From: Octopus sinensis
Lineage: Eukaryota
Length of the DNA: 64,000 nucleotides
Direction of reading: 5' to 3'
NCBI RefSeq assembly: GCF_006345805.1
Contig: NC_043015.1
Coordinates: forward strand, 21,638,001-21,702,000
Below are positions 12,920-25,076 of the stretch, one piece after another (within the stretch, counting starts at the first letter, position 1; every line of letters begins with the position of its first letter). Both the position numbers and the translations under genes were made by a program. The notes under the pieces were generated by a model. It saw only the letters and a program-made list of their open reading frames with translations. It was not told the origin of the DNA and made no database searches.

Positions 12920-15230
12920 ACCGCACTACCGCCCTGTCTCCTTCCCCCCCCCCACCCCCAACCGCACCCCCTTCCCCCTCCTTTTCCACCCCTCTACCCT
13001 ACCCCTTCGTCGCAAGATACTACGTGCCTTCCGTCGCCTCCAGCACACACACCTACATACATACATTACACTTGTATACACACACACTTACATTCATACA
13101 CACACACACCTACACAGCCATACCCTCACTCAGACACACACATCTACCTACACACACACACAAACACACACGGACACACACCCATACATACATACATCTA
13201 CACACACACGCCTACACACATACATACACACATACATAAACACACACACATACACATATACACACATACGCACACGCACATATACTTATACACATGCACA
13301 CACACACACATACATACATACACCCATATACATACACACACACATACCCACATACTCCTATACGCACATACATACACACAGACATACACACATACACACT
13401 CATACAAACATACACACACACATACTTACACACACACTCACCTGCACGCGCACACACATGCATGACAAACACCCATACACTCACACTCACATACGCACAC
13501 ACCAACATAAACACGCACACGCACACGCACACACAGACCTACACTCCCACACACATACACACACACACCTACATACACACACGCACGCATACACACGCAT
13601 ACACACATACATTACACACGTACACACACACCTACATACACATGCATACACACACACACACAAACATGCACGGACACACCCAGACATACACACATACACC
13701 TATATACACACGCCCACACACCTACATACACACACATACACACACGCCCACACACCTACATACACACACATACATACACACACATACACGGACACACCCA
13801 TACATACTTACATACATACACCTATACACACACGCCTACACACTACATACCACACATGCATACACACACACACACATGTACGCACATACACACACATATA
13901 CGCACATACATATATACCCACACACATGCACACACACACACACATACGCACATGCATGCATGCATGCATGCATGCATGCACACGCGAACACCTACACGCA
14001 TACACACACACACACGCACGTACACATACATACATACACACACGCATACATACACCCATACACATACATGCATCCTACACACACATACATACACACACAT
14101 ACACGGACACACCCATACATACTTACATACATACACCTATACACACACGCCTACACACCTACATACAACACATGCATACACACACACACACATGTACGCA
14201 CATACACACACATATACGCACATACATATATACCCACACACATGCACACACACACACACTACGCACATGCATGCATGCATGCATGCATGCATGCACACGC
14301 GAACACCTACACGCATACACACACACACACGCACGTACACATACATACATACACACACGCATACATACACCCCATAACATACATGCATCCTACACAACAT
14401 ACATACACACTCACACATACATACACACACACACACTCACTCACACACCTGTATGTACGCGCACACACATGCACATACACACACTTCCCCACACCCACAC
14501 GTACATACATACACACTCACACACATACACACACACACACACACGGACATACATCTATGCACACACATACATACACACATACTCACATACATTCATCGGA
14601 CACACTGCCACCCGGACATACACACAGACACACTCACACATCCACACACATACATACTTACGCACATACTCGCAGGCGCGCGCACGCACGCGCTTGCGCC
14701 GGCTCGCGCACGCATACGCTCCGCAGGCACCTCGCTCTTGGAACCGACAAGACCTCCCACCCGTTCCTGGGACCGTCGCGTGTCGTTGGGTTTTCCCACG
14801 CCCGCCTCCGCGGGACCACTCTTCCATCTTCCCCTCAGCTGGAGTCCTTTTTCCTTAACCCCCCCCCCGTTTTCGTTACACACACGCGCACACATATACA
14901 CACATTGCTTAAATATATACATTACTCTTACACACATTCAATCTACTCGCCATTTATACCACCACGACACTGGACACACACACACACTACTACTCAACAC
15001 ACGCTGGCACGCTACATACGCCCCCACCCCTTCCCCTCCCTCCCTTCCTCCTTCCTTCTTTTTCTTACTACTGACCTTTGTCTGCTAAGCTGACCACTGT
15101 CTCGCCCTACCTCACACGCCTACACACAGACGCACACACTAACACACACATATATATTTTTTGTTTTTTCATCTCGCCTCACACACACACATACACACAC
15201 GCACACGCACACACTCACACATACACACAC
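12920..15230. repeat. Complex CA/CATA-rich microsatellite block with an internal tandem duplication of about 310 bp
   Basis: Near-continuous (CA)n/(CATA)n/(CATG)n. 13770-14085 is repeated at about 14086-14400. This block is the source of the 599-aa and 466-aa His/Thr ORFs. Confidence 0.9.
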
Positions 15231-15399
15231 ATCTGTTGCGTTACCAACCTTGTCTCCACTCTTTTGCCTTTAAAAACCCACTTTGCTCTGTTTTCGTAAA
15301 CATCGCCTTTCACCATGTGCAACTCGTAAACACCAGTCGTCTTTTTTCTCTTTCCCTGTTGCCCGCTCCGGGATCTTTCTTTCCTCTCTCTTCCTTCTT

Positions 15400-15440
15400 T
15401 ATGTTTCCGACGAAGAGCTCCGCTCGAAACGTCATACCTC
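15400..15440 (+). ncRNA. Minimal hammerhead-like motif (U4C variant) in a PLE-type 3' repeat
   Basis: CCGACGA-A-GAGC-TCC-GCTC-GAAA-C-GTC at 15407-15433. Stem II GAGC/GCTC, palindromic ACGT stem III (needs dimerisation), weak stem I. Confidence 0.55.
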
Positions 15441-15523
15441 CCTGCTTCCATTTCCTGAGCGCCTATTAATAATAATACTGTAATTGTTCCATTGTTGTTG
15501 TTTTTTTGTTTCCCGTTTGGATT

Positions 15524-15583
<60 letters not shown>

Positions 15584-15607
15584 TATATATGCATACATAC
15601 ATGTATA

Positions 15608-15645
<38 letters not shown>

Positions 15646-16575
15646 AATATATATATCACATACCTTACCCTGTTTGTGTGCATGCTGGTTGTGTCTGGTG
15701 GAATGTGTATATGTATGTACGTATATGTGTGTGTGCGTATCTGTGTGGCACGTATGTGTATACATGAGCTTGTGCGTGTAGTCTTTTTTTCTCTTATTCG
15801 TTCTTTTTCTTTATTACTCGTTTTAATCAATTCCGTGCTTGTCTAGTTTCAACGCATGAATATTAATGAATTCAATGGAGAAGTGAACTGATAGAGAAAA
15901 ACAACTATTGACCTGCATAGGTTACCTCTACACATCTGTGTGATTGGTTTATTAATTATTTACTGGAATACGTCCAGTCAATGGCACAAATAGAACCGTA
16001 GTGTATGATACAATTCTCGAACTCACTCAATAAACACCGATGTAGTACCATCTCATGTTACCAAATTGAGTTCAAAAATATAGTCCGCGTGCGTCTTTTT
16101 AACAATATAGGTTTCTATTTTTGTAGCTTAGTTAGAGGGTAGCTTTGAATGAGATAATCAATGATAAATGTCTATTCAAGCGTGACTTACATGACTTTAT
16201 TTTTTGGTTTTAGACATTGTGTACATATCGACAGATAAGAATTACACAACGGCATTTCTCTTGAAGAGATTTGTACGTTATTTGACGGAGATTTTGGTTG
16301 CTACATCTGGTTTTGGTACTGGCGCTACAAGCTTTGCTGTGGCAGAAACGTTAGCATGGCGGTCAAAATTCTTAACAGTGTTTCTTCCGGCTTTACCTTT
16401 CGAGTTCAAACTTCGCCGAAGTTGATTTTGCTTTTCAAACGGTCGATAAGATAAACACCAGTTCAGAACTGGATCCCCCTCAATATTTCAGGCCATATGT
16501 CAATAGCAGGAATAATAATATTAATAATAATAATTAATAATAATTTTTATTATTATTATTATTATTATTATATTA

Positions 16576-16610
<35 letters not shown>

Positions 16611-16801
16611 TTTCTTTCCGAGACGACGGACGTGTGCGAAGCGGCTCCGTAAGTTTTCTGCAAATTTTGTTAGAAATCCTGTGAAAAGTTTTTATATTTT
16701 TCGTTATTTGTGTGGCCATGCTGACTAACTTCTCGCGGAGCTAGTTGGCTAGGCAAAATTTTACCCCATTGGGTGTAAAATCACTGTTTAATATTTGACT
16801 T

Positions 16802-18268
16802 TTGTATACATTTCACTCACAAATTTTCAAAATAGCTATGAAAAGAACTGACTGTTCTCTCCTTCAAGCTTCACACCCACCACACGAAAAAATTTCGTTA
16901 GCGGCTCCGAACCGCCCATTTCGCGCCTTAAAAGGCAAAGAAAATATTCCGATGGAACGTGCTGGAAAGCAAAACGTTCCAAATGAAAATAAAAACGAAG
17001 GCGTCACTTTCGACGTCATCAAAGATTTCCCTCCTCTTCCCGCTAGCAATGTCCCAGCACTGGAGATGGACGGAAGAAAGAGCGTTCCGAAGAGACAGAA
17101 CAACGATGGCGTCACCTTTGACGTCAACGAAGATTTTGCTTCTTTTCTTTCCACCAGTGCAACAGCACCGGAAAATGAAGCAAAGATAATGACCAGCAAG
17201 CACACCGACACCACCACCAGCAACAACACAACAAGCCACCATAGTAATTTCGCCTCCGCCACAAAAGAAAATTCGGAGGAAATAAAAGTTACAATACATC
17301 AAATAAAATCCGCAAAAGAGGGAAACACCGTTTTCCTCAATACACCTCAACAACCCATAAATGATACAAACAAGAAAACAATAATTTACAAGGTGTCTCA
17401 AACAAAAATCAAAAGAGTGACGAACGCAACACCCCAGCAATTGGAAATAGCTCTGAAGCCCTTATGGGCCAAAAAGAGCTATGTCACCAGAGGGAAGCGT
17501 TACGGAACCGTGGAGGTTCGCTTCCCAACAGAAGAGGATACAAGGGCGCATGCTATTTCGCCCTTGCAAAATGAAAGTTTGTTCCTGGTACCATCATACC
17601 TCGGGCGAAGGGTCCAAAAAATAAAAATAGACACAGTACCACCCAAACTGAGTATATCATGGCTGGTGGCGGCTGTCCTCTATGATATAGAGGACACTGC
17701 CACTATTCTAGATGTACAAAAGGTGAGGAAGAAAAACTGGTCAGGTATGGGAGTTCAACTGCTGGTACAAATCCAGCAGGAAAACATTAATGCCATACCT
17801 GACTCGGTAAATTTACCAGATGGAACCAGGCTGCACGTTACTGTGGAGGAGCGAAAGCCAAAATGTTACCTCTGCAGCAGCGAAATCCACCTAAAAAGGG
17901 TCTGCCCCATTCACAAAAAAAGAATGGAGGCAAACGGCAAGAGGCAGCAGCAGCAACAACAACAGAAACAACAACAGCACGAAACACCAAAGGCTGCCAC
18001 ACCACCAACACCATCACCACCACCACGACGAACGACACCACCTCCAACAACAACCACCAAACCAACACCAACCCCAGCACCTAGAAAATCAACAACAAAA
18101 CGAAAGGAAGAAGAAAACTCACCGACACCGTCACCATCAGCAACAGGTACAGCAACACCACCGCTACCAGCAGAACCAAAAGTTTTTCGCCCTGCTGCTG
18201 AAGCGGATCCAACAGCCATCCCCTTTCCGGCTCAAGACAGCTCGGATTGTGCGAGCACTGATACCTAG
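16802..18268 (+). CDS. Tx1 ORF1 (RRM-like region + CX2CX4HX4C zinc knuckle; Pro/Thr/Gln-rich tail)
   Basis: 488-aa open frame containing KCYLCSSEIHLKRVCP and a 36-aa internal duplication (GVTFDVIKDF / GVTFDVNEDF). Probably continued originally into the 18277-18717 frame through a frameshift. Confidence 0.75.
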   Translation: MYTFHSQIFKIAMKRTDCSLLQASHPPHEKISLAAPNRPFRALKGKENIPMERAGKQNVPNENKNEGVTFDVIKDFPPLPASNVPALEMDGRKSVPKRQNNDGVTFDVNEDFASFLSTSATAPENEAKIMTSKHTDTTTSNNTTSHHSNFASATKENSEEIKVTIHQIKSAKEGNTVFLNTPQQPINDTNKKTIIYKVSQTKIKRVTNATPQQLEIALKPLWAKKSYVTRGKRYGTVEVRFPTEEDTRAHAISPLQNESLFLVPSYLGRRVQKIKIDTVPPKLSISWLVAAVLYDIEDTATILDVQKVRKKNWSGMGVQLLVQIQQENINAIPDSVNLPDGTRLHVTVEERKPKCYLCSSEIHLKRVCPIHKKRMEANGKRQQQQQQQKQQQHETPKAATPPTPSPPPRRTTPPPTTTTKPTPTPAPRKSTTKRKEEENSPTPSPSATGTATPPLPAEPKVFRPAAEADPTAIPFPAQDSSDCASTDT

Positions 18269-18760
18269 AAAGGGGAATGGCACACAGTGCATCCCAAAAA
18301 GAAAAGGATGAAAAAACAAAAGAACACACAGGGGAAGCACGAACAGATAGTGCTTCCCAACATCAACAACAACAACACACACTCACAACAACACTTTCGA
18401 CACCACTACTGCCACTGCCACACACACCAACACCAATTACATCAGTAAACACAAAGAATGAAAAACTAGTTGCATACCTAAAAGACAAAACAAGTACAAA
18501 CATAACAGATTTCGTTATACCAACACACAACACACCACCAGCACACATTCTCACAATAAAAATCAACGCAACAACATACAGTGACATAAAACAAATATTC
18601 CCTAACGATGTGGGATCGCTAAGGAAAAGTTTCTCAAAGAAACTATATAAGAATATTGTGGAAGCACCCGTGCAAAAGCACAAGGGAGCCACCCCCACCA
18701 CCAACAACAGTAAGTAGAGCCTTTTTTCTCGTTTTATTTTTTGCTTTCCACCTTTGAAAA

Positions 18761-21700
18761 AAGGCAAAACTTAGAATCGGTTGCTTGAATGTGAGAGGCC
18801 TCGGGTCACCATGGAAACAGGGTCACCTGTTAAACGCCTGAGGTTTTATGATGTGGATGTAGCAGCCATCAGTGAAACCAGGCTCTCCGACCCGCAGGAA
18901 CTCGCAGCCCTTTTCGGCGGATACGAGATATTTCTATCTCCGTGTCGGCCGGGAGCGGGCGGTGGTGGTACTGCGGTGTTGTTTCGGAAGGGCCTGGACT
19001 TGAAAATAAGGACAGTCTTTCTGGATCCGGAAGGTAAGTCGGTGGTCCTCAACGTAGACGGTAGTGACGGCGGTGCTTTCAGACTGCTGGCTGCCTTCGC
19101 TCCGACAGGAGCAGGGCAGTCGGATTATTTCAAACGTCTGGAAGTTTTCCTGGGAACGTCACGCACTCTAGTGCTAGTTGGGGATTGGAACACTGTCTTA
19201 GACGAACGTTTCGATCGGGTGGGCAGGGGAGCGTCTGATAGGAGAGGAGGGTGCAAGAGCCTCGCCAACCTACTCGGACGCTTTCAGCTGTCCGACAGGT
19301 TTCGACTAGACAACCCGAATGTGCCAATGTGGACTTGGACCAATCGCATCGGGTCGTCTAGATCGTACTTAGAGTGTTTTGTAGGCCAGTGGATAAAGAC
19401 AGCATAGGGTGTCCAGAATTCCACCTAGTCGACTACACGAACCACAAATTCGTGATCTGTACGGTCGACTTAGATAGGCTACATAGACAGGCACCCGGAT
19501 ACTGGAAGCTGAACGCGCCGTTAACGGCGTGCAAAGCTTACAGAGACCGGATTAGTTTACTAGTTAAGCGGGCGCTCACGGGGGCAATCATCAACAACAA
19601 CTGGTGGTTTGCCCTCAATAGAGCAATTAGAGTAGAGTCGATTAGGTTTAGTAAGACTCTAGCTATTGAACGTAGGAAGAGAGAGCGGGATTTAGTTTAG
19701 AAACTAGACGAGGCTCTTGAGACTGGTATCGCGACCGACGTGTTGGCGGCAAGGTTGGCCCTCGACCAACACTTTGACGCCAAACACGAAGGCTGCGTTG
19801 TCAGAGCTAAGGCACGTTGGTTAAGCGGGGAGGGGACTAGAGCCGCTCGATGGGCCCGCGTGGCGGAGGCGAAGCGAGGCAACAAAGCAACCATTCGCTC
19901 TTTGGTGGACCAGAACGGGCGCGAGGTTACCGAACCGAAGCAGATGTGTACGGTGTTTCAGCGGCACTTTGCTCAACTGTTTGGGACGAGCGGTGGAACG
20001 CACAATGGTGCAGACTTCGGTGTGTACCTGGACGGCCTACCGCAACTCTCGGACAGCGAGGCAGAGTGATGTGAAGGACCGATATCTGCCTGGGAAGTGG
20101 AGGAACCGATGAAGAGTTGCACGAGAGGTAGATCGCCGGGTTTGGATGGTCTGCCCCACGAGCTTTACACTTCAATGCCAGACTTGTTTGCGGGCCTGTT
20201 CGCAAACGTCTAATGCAACTGGCAGCAAAACGGGAGAATTCCTGCTTTTGTCTGTCGAGGGGTGGTGGCTTTGCTAAAAAAGGACCCAAACAAGGGGGAC
20301 GTTATAGGGAATTTTCGGCCCATCACTCTGCTCAATGCAGAGTTGAAGATTTTGGCCAAGGTGCTAGCCAAGAGATTGGCGCTTAACGTGGACAAGCTGG
20401 TCGGCAAGACGCAGACATGCGCCGTGCCGACCAGGTCGATACACGACAACTTCCATCTCATGCGCTACATCATAGAGAGGGTGGGTAACGACGCTGGCGC
20501 GGGTGGGGCTTTGATCAACTTAGATAAGAGTAAAGCCTTCGATAGGGTCGACCATCGGTACCTGGCAGCTGTTCTCAAGGCAGTCGGCTTCGGTCCAGTC
20601 TTCCGCGGGTGGATCGCTGCTTTATACAGCAACATCTGCTCGGTGATACGGGTGAACGGTCACCTTTCCGAACCGTTCGACATCTCGCGTTCGGTCCGCC
20701 AAGGATGCCCTCTCTCCTCCCTCTTGTACATATTGACTCTCGAGCCATTACTGCGCAAGTTGGAGGCTTTGAGGGGTATCCCGCGCGATCTAGTAGGAAG
20801 AAACAGCGTGTCTGCCTATGCCGACGACGTCACCGTGATGGTGTCGAGCCACAGGCACATTAGCCTGATTGGCGAGACACTAAACGAGTACGAAGCGATG
20901 ACAGGGGCAACGATTAACGCGGAAAAGTCTGTGGGCTTGCAACTGGGCACCTGGAGAGGCAAGCCCATGCCGTCCAACAGCGTCGTAGGGCGCTGGACAG
21001 ACGGACCCGTTAAACTTCTCGGGGTCTGGTTCGGTCCGGACCTCCAGGTGGATAAAAACTGGGAAGAGGTGACGAGCAAGGTGGCACGTCTCACCCAGAA
21101 ATGGGCCGAGAGGAAGCTGTCCCTGAAAGGTCGAGCGGAGGTGGCGAAAGCGTACATCGCATCCGTCATCTATTACCGCTTGACCGTCGTCCCTTGTCCC
21201 AACCGCTGGTTGGCCAAACTGGTACGTCTGCTCTTCGACTTTTTGTAGAAGGGTCAGGTGCCACTGGTCAGGCGATCCATCTGCTGTCAACGACCGCTGA
21301 ACGGAGGCTTTGGAATGCCGTGGTTACTGATGCGCAGACATGCGCTCAGGTTTAGTCGTCTTTTGTCAGACGCGTCTTTCCGCAGTTCGTCTCTTTGACA
21401 GAGCTGCAGACCTGGCTCCAACGTAGACCGAGAAAGGGCGCTTGGCACCTCATGTGCCGTCAAACTCTCTCCGCCCTCCGCCAGGCGAGCAATGCGATCG
21501 GTTGCAGCTCCACTCTAGCGTTCTATAGAGGGTTAGTGGAGGAAAAATGCGACGACGTTCTCGGAGAAACTCTAGGCGTTGACGATAACGAACTGAGCAG
21601 TCTGTTCGGGAGGACTTTCGGGCCGGGGCCAATGGATAATTTCCAGAGGTCGCTCGCCTGGCAGTGCTACCGAGGGGCTCTGCCTGTTCGGGATAAACTC

Positions 21701-22048
21701 TACCGGCATGGAAGTGCCGTCAGCCGGGCCTGCCCGAGGTGTTGCCAGGACGACGAAACCGTTCTGCACGCACTCGTCCAGTGCCCGAGTATTGCTGAAC
21801 TATGGGTATATATCGAACAGCTACTCTCACATGTAGGACGGATCCGGCTATCAGCCGAATCCATGGTGAAGATTGCCCCGCCGACCTACTTTAACAAGGA
21901 GGGCGAGGCCGTTTTCTTGTGCCTAGTGGCTGTGGCGAAAGAGGTTGTATGTTGGACCCGTTTGAAAGGGCTAAAGTCAGACACTTTCCTCTTTGGTCAA
22001 GGCCTCATCAACTTTTTCAAGTTTCGCTTGAAAAGGAAGATAAGTTAG
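18761..22048 (+). pseudogene. Tx1 ORF2 (APE endonuclease - reverse transcriptase - CCHC), disrupted
   Basis: Start region (K)AKLRIGCLNVRGL, likely ATG mutated to AAG at 18761. APE motifs DVAAISETRL, VLVGDWNTVLD, WTWTN, APGYWKLN. RT motifs NFRPITLLNAELKILAKVLAKRL, LDKSKAFDRVDH, VRQGCPLS, YADDVT. Zinc finger CPRCCQDDETVLHALVQCP. Several stops and frameshifts (about 18830, 19370, 19700, 20069, 20211, 21248). Confidence 0.92.
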
Positions 22049-22488
22049 AGGAGAGTGCTGTCCGATAGCAAGTTTTCTGAAAGGTGGGTGAATTGTGCGA
22101 GAATGGCCAGTATAAATGGAGCAGTTGTCAGGTTTCGCCTGTGATTCAAAAAGGTACTATAAAAGGAAGAAAGGGACTCTCTACCCCCCTTTTGACCAGG
22201 CTCCCGTTGGCTTTTATGGGGTTTTTTCCACCAGGAACCTTTCGAAGCCACCTCAAATTGGGAGTTTTTCGTTGTTATATTGTTTGATTGTTACAATGTT
22301 TTTACACGATTTTTTCACAAACGGACAAAACCCTTTGTAACCTTTCGTCCTGTTTTGTCCCTTTATGTTTTCTAATCATGTGTGTCAGCCCTTGTGGCCA
22401 ATAAAAAGAATTAATTATTATTATTATTATTATTTTTATTATCATTATCATTATCATCATCATTATTATTATTATTAGTAGTAGTAGT

Positions 22489-22537
<49 letters not shown>

Positions 22538-22538
22538 C

Positions 22539-22609
<71 letters not shown>

Positions 22610-22613
22610 TTAA

Positions 22614-22673
<60 letters not shown>

Positions 22674-22674
<1 letters not shown>

Positions 22675-23222
22675 TGAGTGAGAGATCTGCGCATGCCAAG
22701 AAAGTGACACTGGAGTAGAAATATACGAAGCCCACTATACCCATCATGATTACCCGTCTGCTAAGGGCACATGTATCGCAACAGGCACATGAGTCACAAC
22801 AATATGTGCCCGACATGGTGATCTTATATCTAGGTAAACAGTGCATGAACTTGCATGTGGCACTCAGTTAGAATTTCTCTCAGGTTGAGTAGCCCATTAA
22901 TGTCAAAAGGTCACTTAATAAGGTGTTTTTAATGATGATGAGCAAAATACTCATATTTGCAGAGCTAAATTATCCAAACCTAAATTAATTCCTCTCATCA
23001 TATAGTTATGATGCTCCCCCCCCACTAGTTCTGCTCGTGATCAGAGATGCACATATCGTCAGCCACCAGGGGACATGCTCAACTGGTTAAGGTCAAACAA
23101 CTGACAAGCAAAGCTGTGGTATTGAGAAGAATATATGCTGTAACCCATCTTATCATACCAAGATAAAACAATGTACTTGATAACACTTCCAATCAGTTAA
23201 GATCAAAAGCCATGAGAGCCAT
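22674..23222 (-). mobile_element. Non-coding element of about 550 bp ending in (TAA)n on the minus strand (probable non-autonomous retroposon)
   Basis: Complex sequence bounded on both sides by trinucleotide arrays. The minus-strand 3' end CTCTCACTCAAATAATAAT is oriented like the neighbouring Dong-like copies. I recall it as an abundant Octopus repeat (unverified). Confidence 0.45.
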
Positions 23223-23255
23223 CGTTATTATTATGCATCAGAGCATAATAATAAC

Positions 23256-23351
<96 letters not shown>

Positions 23352-23382
23352 CATTATTATTATTTTATTATTATTATTATTA

Positions 23383-23413
<31 letters not shown>

Positions 23414-23438
23414 CATTATTATTATTAATATTATTATT

Positions 23439-24158
23439 CAGTAGTTTTATTTTTATAGCGTGCATTCACTTCACTGCCGTGAGCAGCTCTGTGTGCCTTG
23501 GGTATGTGCTGTGGTTTGTTGTGATGCTCTCATGGTTATAGTATGGAAAATGTTCTGCGTAGGGTGTGTGCAGTGCCTAGAAGTGCAATTTTCCGTATGT
23601 TAAATGTGTTTGTAAGTCCTGGTGTCTTTGTTATGTATTTGTCTGAGTTTTTATGATGCCTATTGCACCTACTATGATAGGAATTGTTTCTGTTTTTAGA
23701 TTCCACATTCTGGTAACTTCTGTTTCCAGGTCTTTGTATTTTGAAAGCTTCTCTATTTCTTTTAGAGACACGTTGTCATCTGCTGGTATTGATACATCAA
23801 TTAGAAAGCATTTTGTTTTTTCATGATCTCTGACAACTATATCTGGTCTGTTGGCCTCAATTTCTCTATCTGTGTGTATTGGCTTATTCCAGAGTATGGT
23901 TGCTTTCTCGTTTTCTGTGACCTTTTCTGGTGTGTGCCTATACCATCTTTTTTCTGTTGTTATTCCATAATGTTGGCATAGCTTCCAGTGTATGTAGGTC
24001 CCAACTCTGTCGTGTCTGTGAATATATTCTTTCTTAGCCAGGACTGGGCAGCCAGAGATAATATGATTTATTGTTTCTAGTCCATCTCCACATATTCTGC
24101 AGTTGTTATATTTCTTTTCATTACATGTTTTCGGTAATTTCTGGTGGGAAGGCTTTGG

Positions 24159-24214
<56 letters not shown>

Positions 24215-24336
24215 CATCATCATCATCCTCATCCTCCTCATCATCATCATCATCACCATCATCATCACCATCACCATCACCATCATCATCATCATCATTA
24301 TTATTATCATCGTCGTCATCATCATCATTATTATTA

Positions 24337-24370
<34 letters not shown>

Positions 24371-24459
24371 CATCATCATTACTATTATCATTATAATTAT
24401 TATTATTATCATCATCATCATGATCATCATCATCATCATCATCATCATCGTCGTCGTCG

Positions 24460-24520
<61 letters not shown>

Positions 24521-25036
24521 TTTTGTTGTTTCTGCAACCATATCCTTGTCTCAATAGCACTATTTGCTGGAACTATCTTTGGTAACCTACCAAGCAACGC
24601 CTTCTCCTGGCAGTCAGATATTTTAAAATCTTTTTTCTGTTTTTTTATCTTCGCTTGTATTTTTTGATTTTCCTATGTACTGCTGTGAATCTAGCGGCTT
24701 TTAATAAACTTTCTTCGCATAGGAATCTACATCTTCTCTAGCTAACTCCACGCAGTCTTCTACTGATATTAACTCTCTCTCGCCTTCCTTTCTAGGTAAG
24801 TATAATCGTGCTTCTCCTGTCCTTGGATGGAGCCCTCCATTCATATTGAACTCCTTCCTAGTTCTTCTGTCAAGCTTTGCTAATTCAGTTTTTGTGTAAT
24901 CTTCAAAAGCTGCTTTGTATCTAAGTAATTATAGTATCCAAGTATTTACAGCCTTCACTACATTCAGACCACTCAGCTTTGATTTCATTAGCTTTCATAT
25001 CCTTTTGATGTGATCGTTCTTAATTTTTGTTTTCAT
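23439..25036 (-). mobile_element. R4/Dong-like RLE LINE, 3' portion interrupted by a (TAA/TGA)n array
   Basis: CRICGDGLETINHIISGCPVLAKKEYIHRHD (CCHC + RHD) and RPDIVVRD..FLIDVSIP..K..KY (PD-D restriction-like endonuclease) at 23631-24161. RT thumb RLYLPRKEGEREL at 24521-25036. The 3' end runs into (TAA)n at 23438. Confidence 0.85.
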
Positions 25037-25076
25037 TTATTATTATTATTAATATTATTATTATTATTATTTTTTT

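Larger units (their letters stand above)
16611..22410 (+). mobile_element. Full-length, inactivated Tx1-clade (L1 group) non-LTR retrotransposon
   Basis: 5' UTR, ORF1 with a CCHC knuckle, ORF2 with APE, RT and a C-terminal zinc finger, and a 3' UTR ending AATAAAAAGAA. Flanked on both sides by (TTA)n. Confidence 0.9.

Noticed and set aside
13294-15093. 599-aa and 466-aa His/Thr-rich ORFs
   Set aside because: Translations of (CA)n/(CATA)n microsatellite, which lacks stops on this strand. The block also looks noisy, and its 310-bp tandem duplication may be an assembly artefact.
23631-24560. 309-aa ORF with poly-Asn/Asp joined to an RLE domain
   Set aside because: The poly-N/D part is a (TAA/TGA)n array read in an open frame; only the C-terminal part is real (Dong-like) coding remnant.
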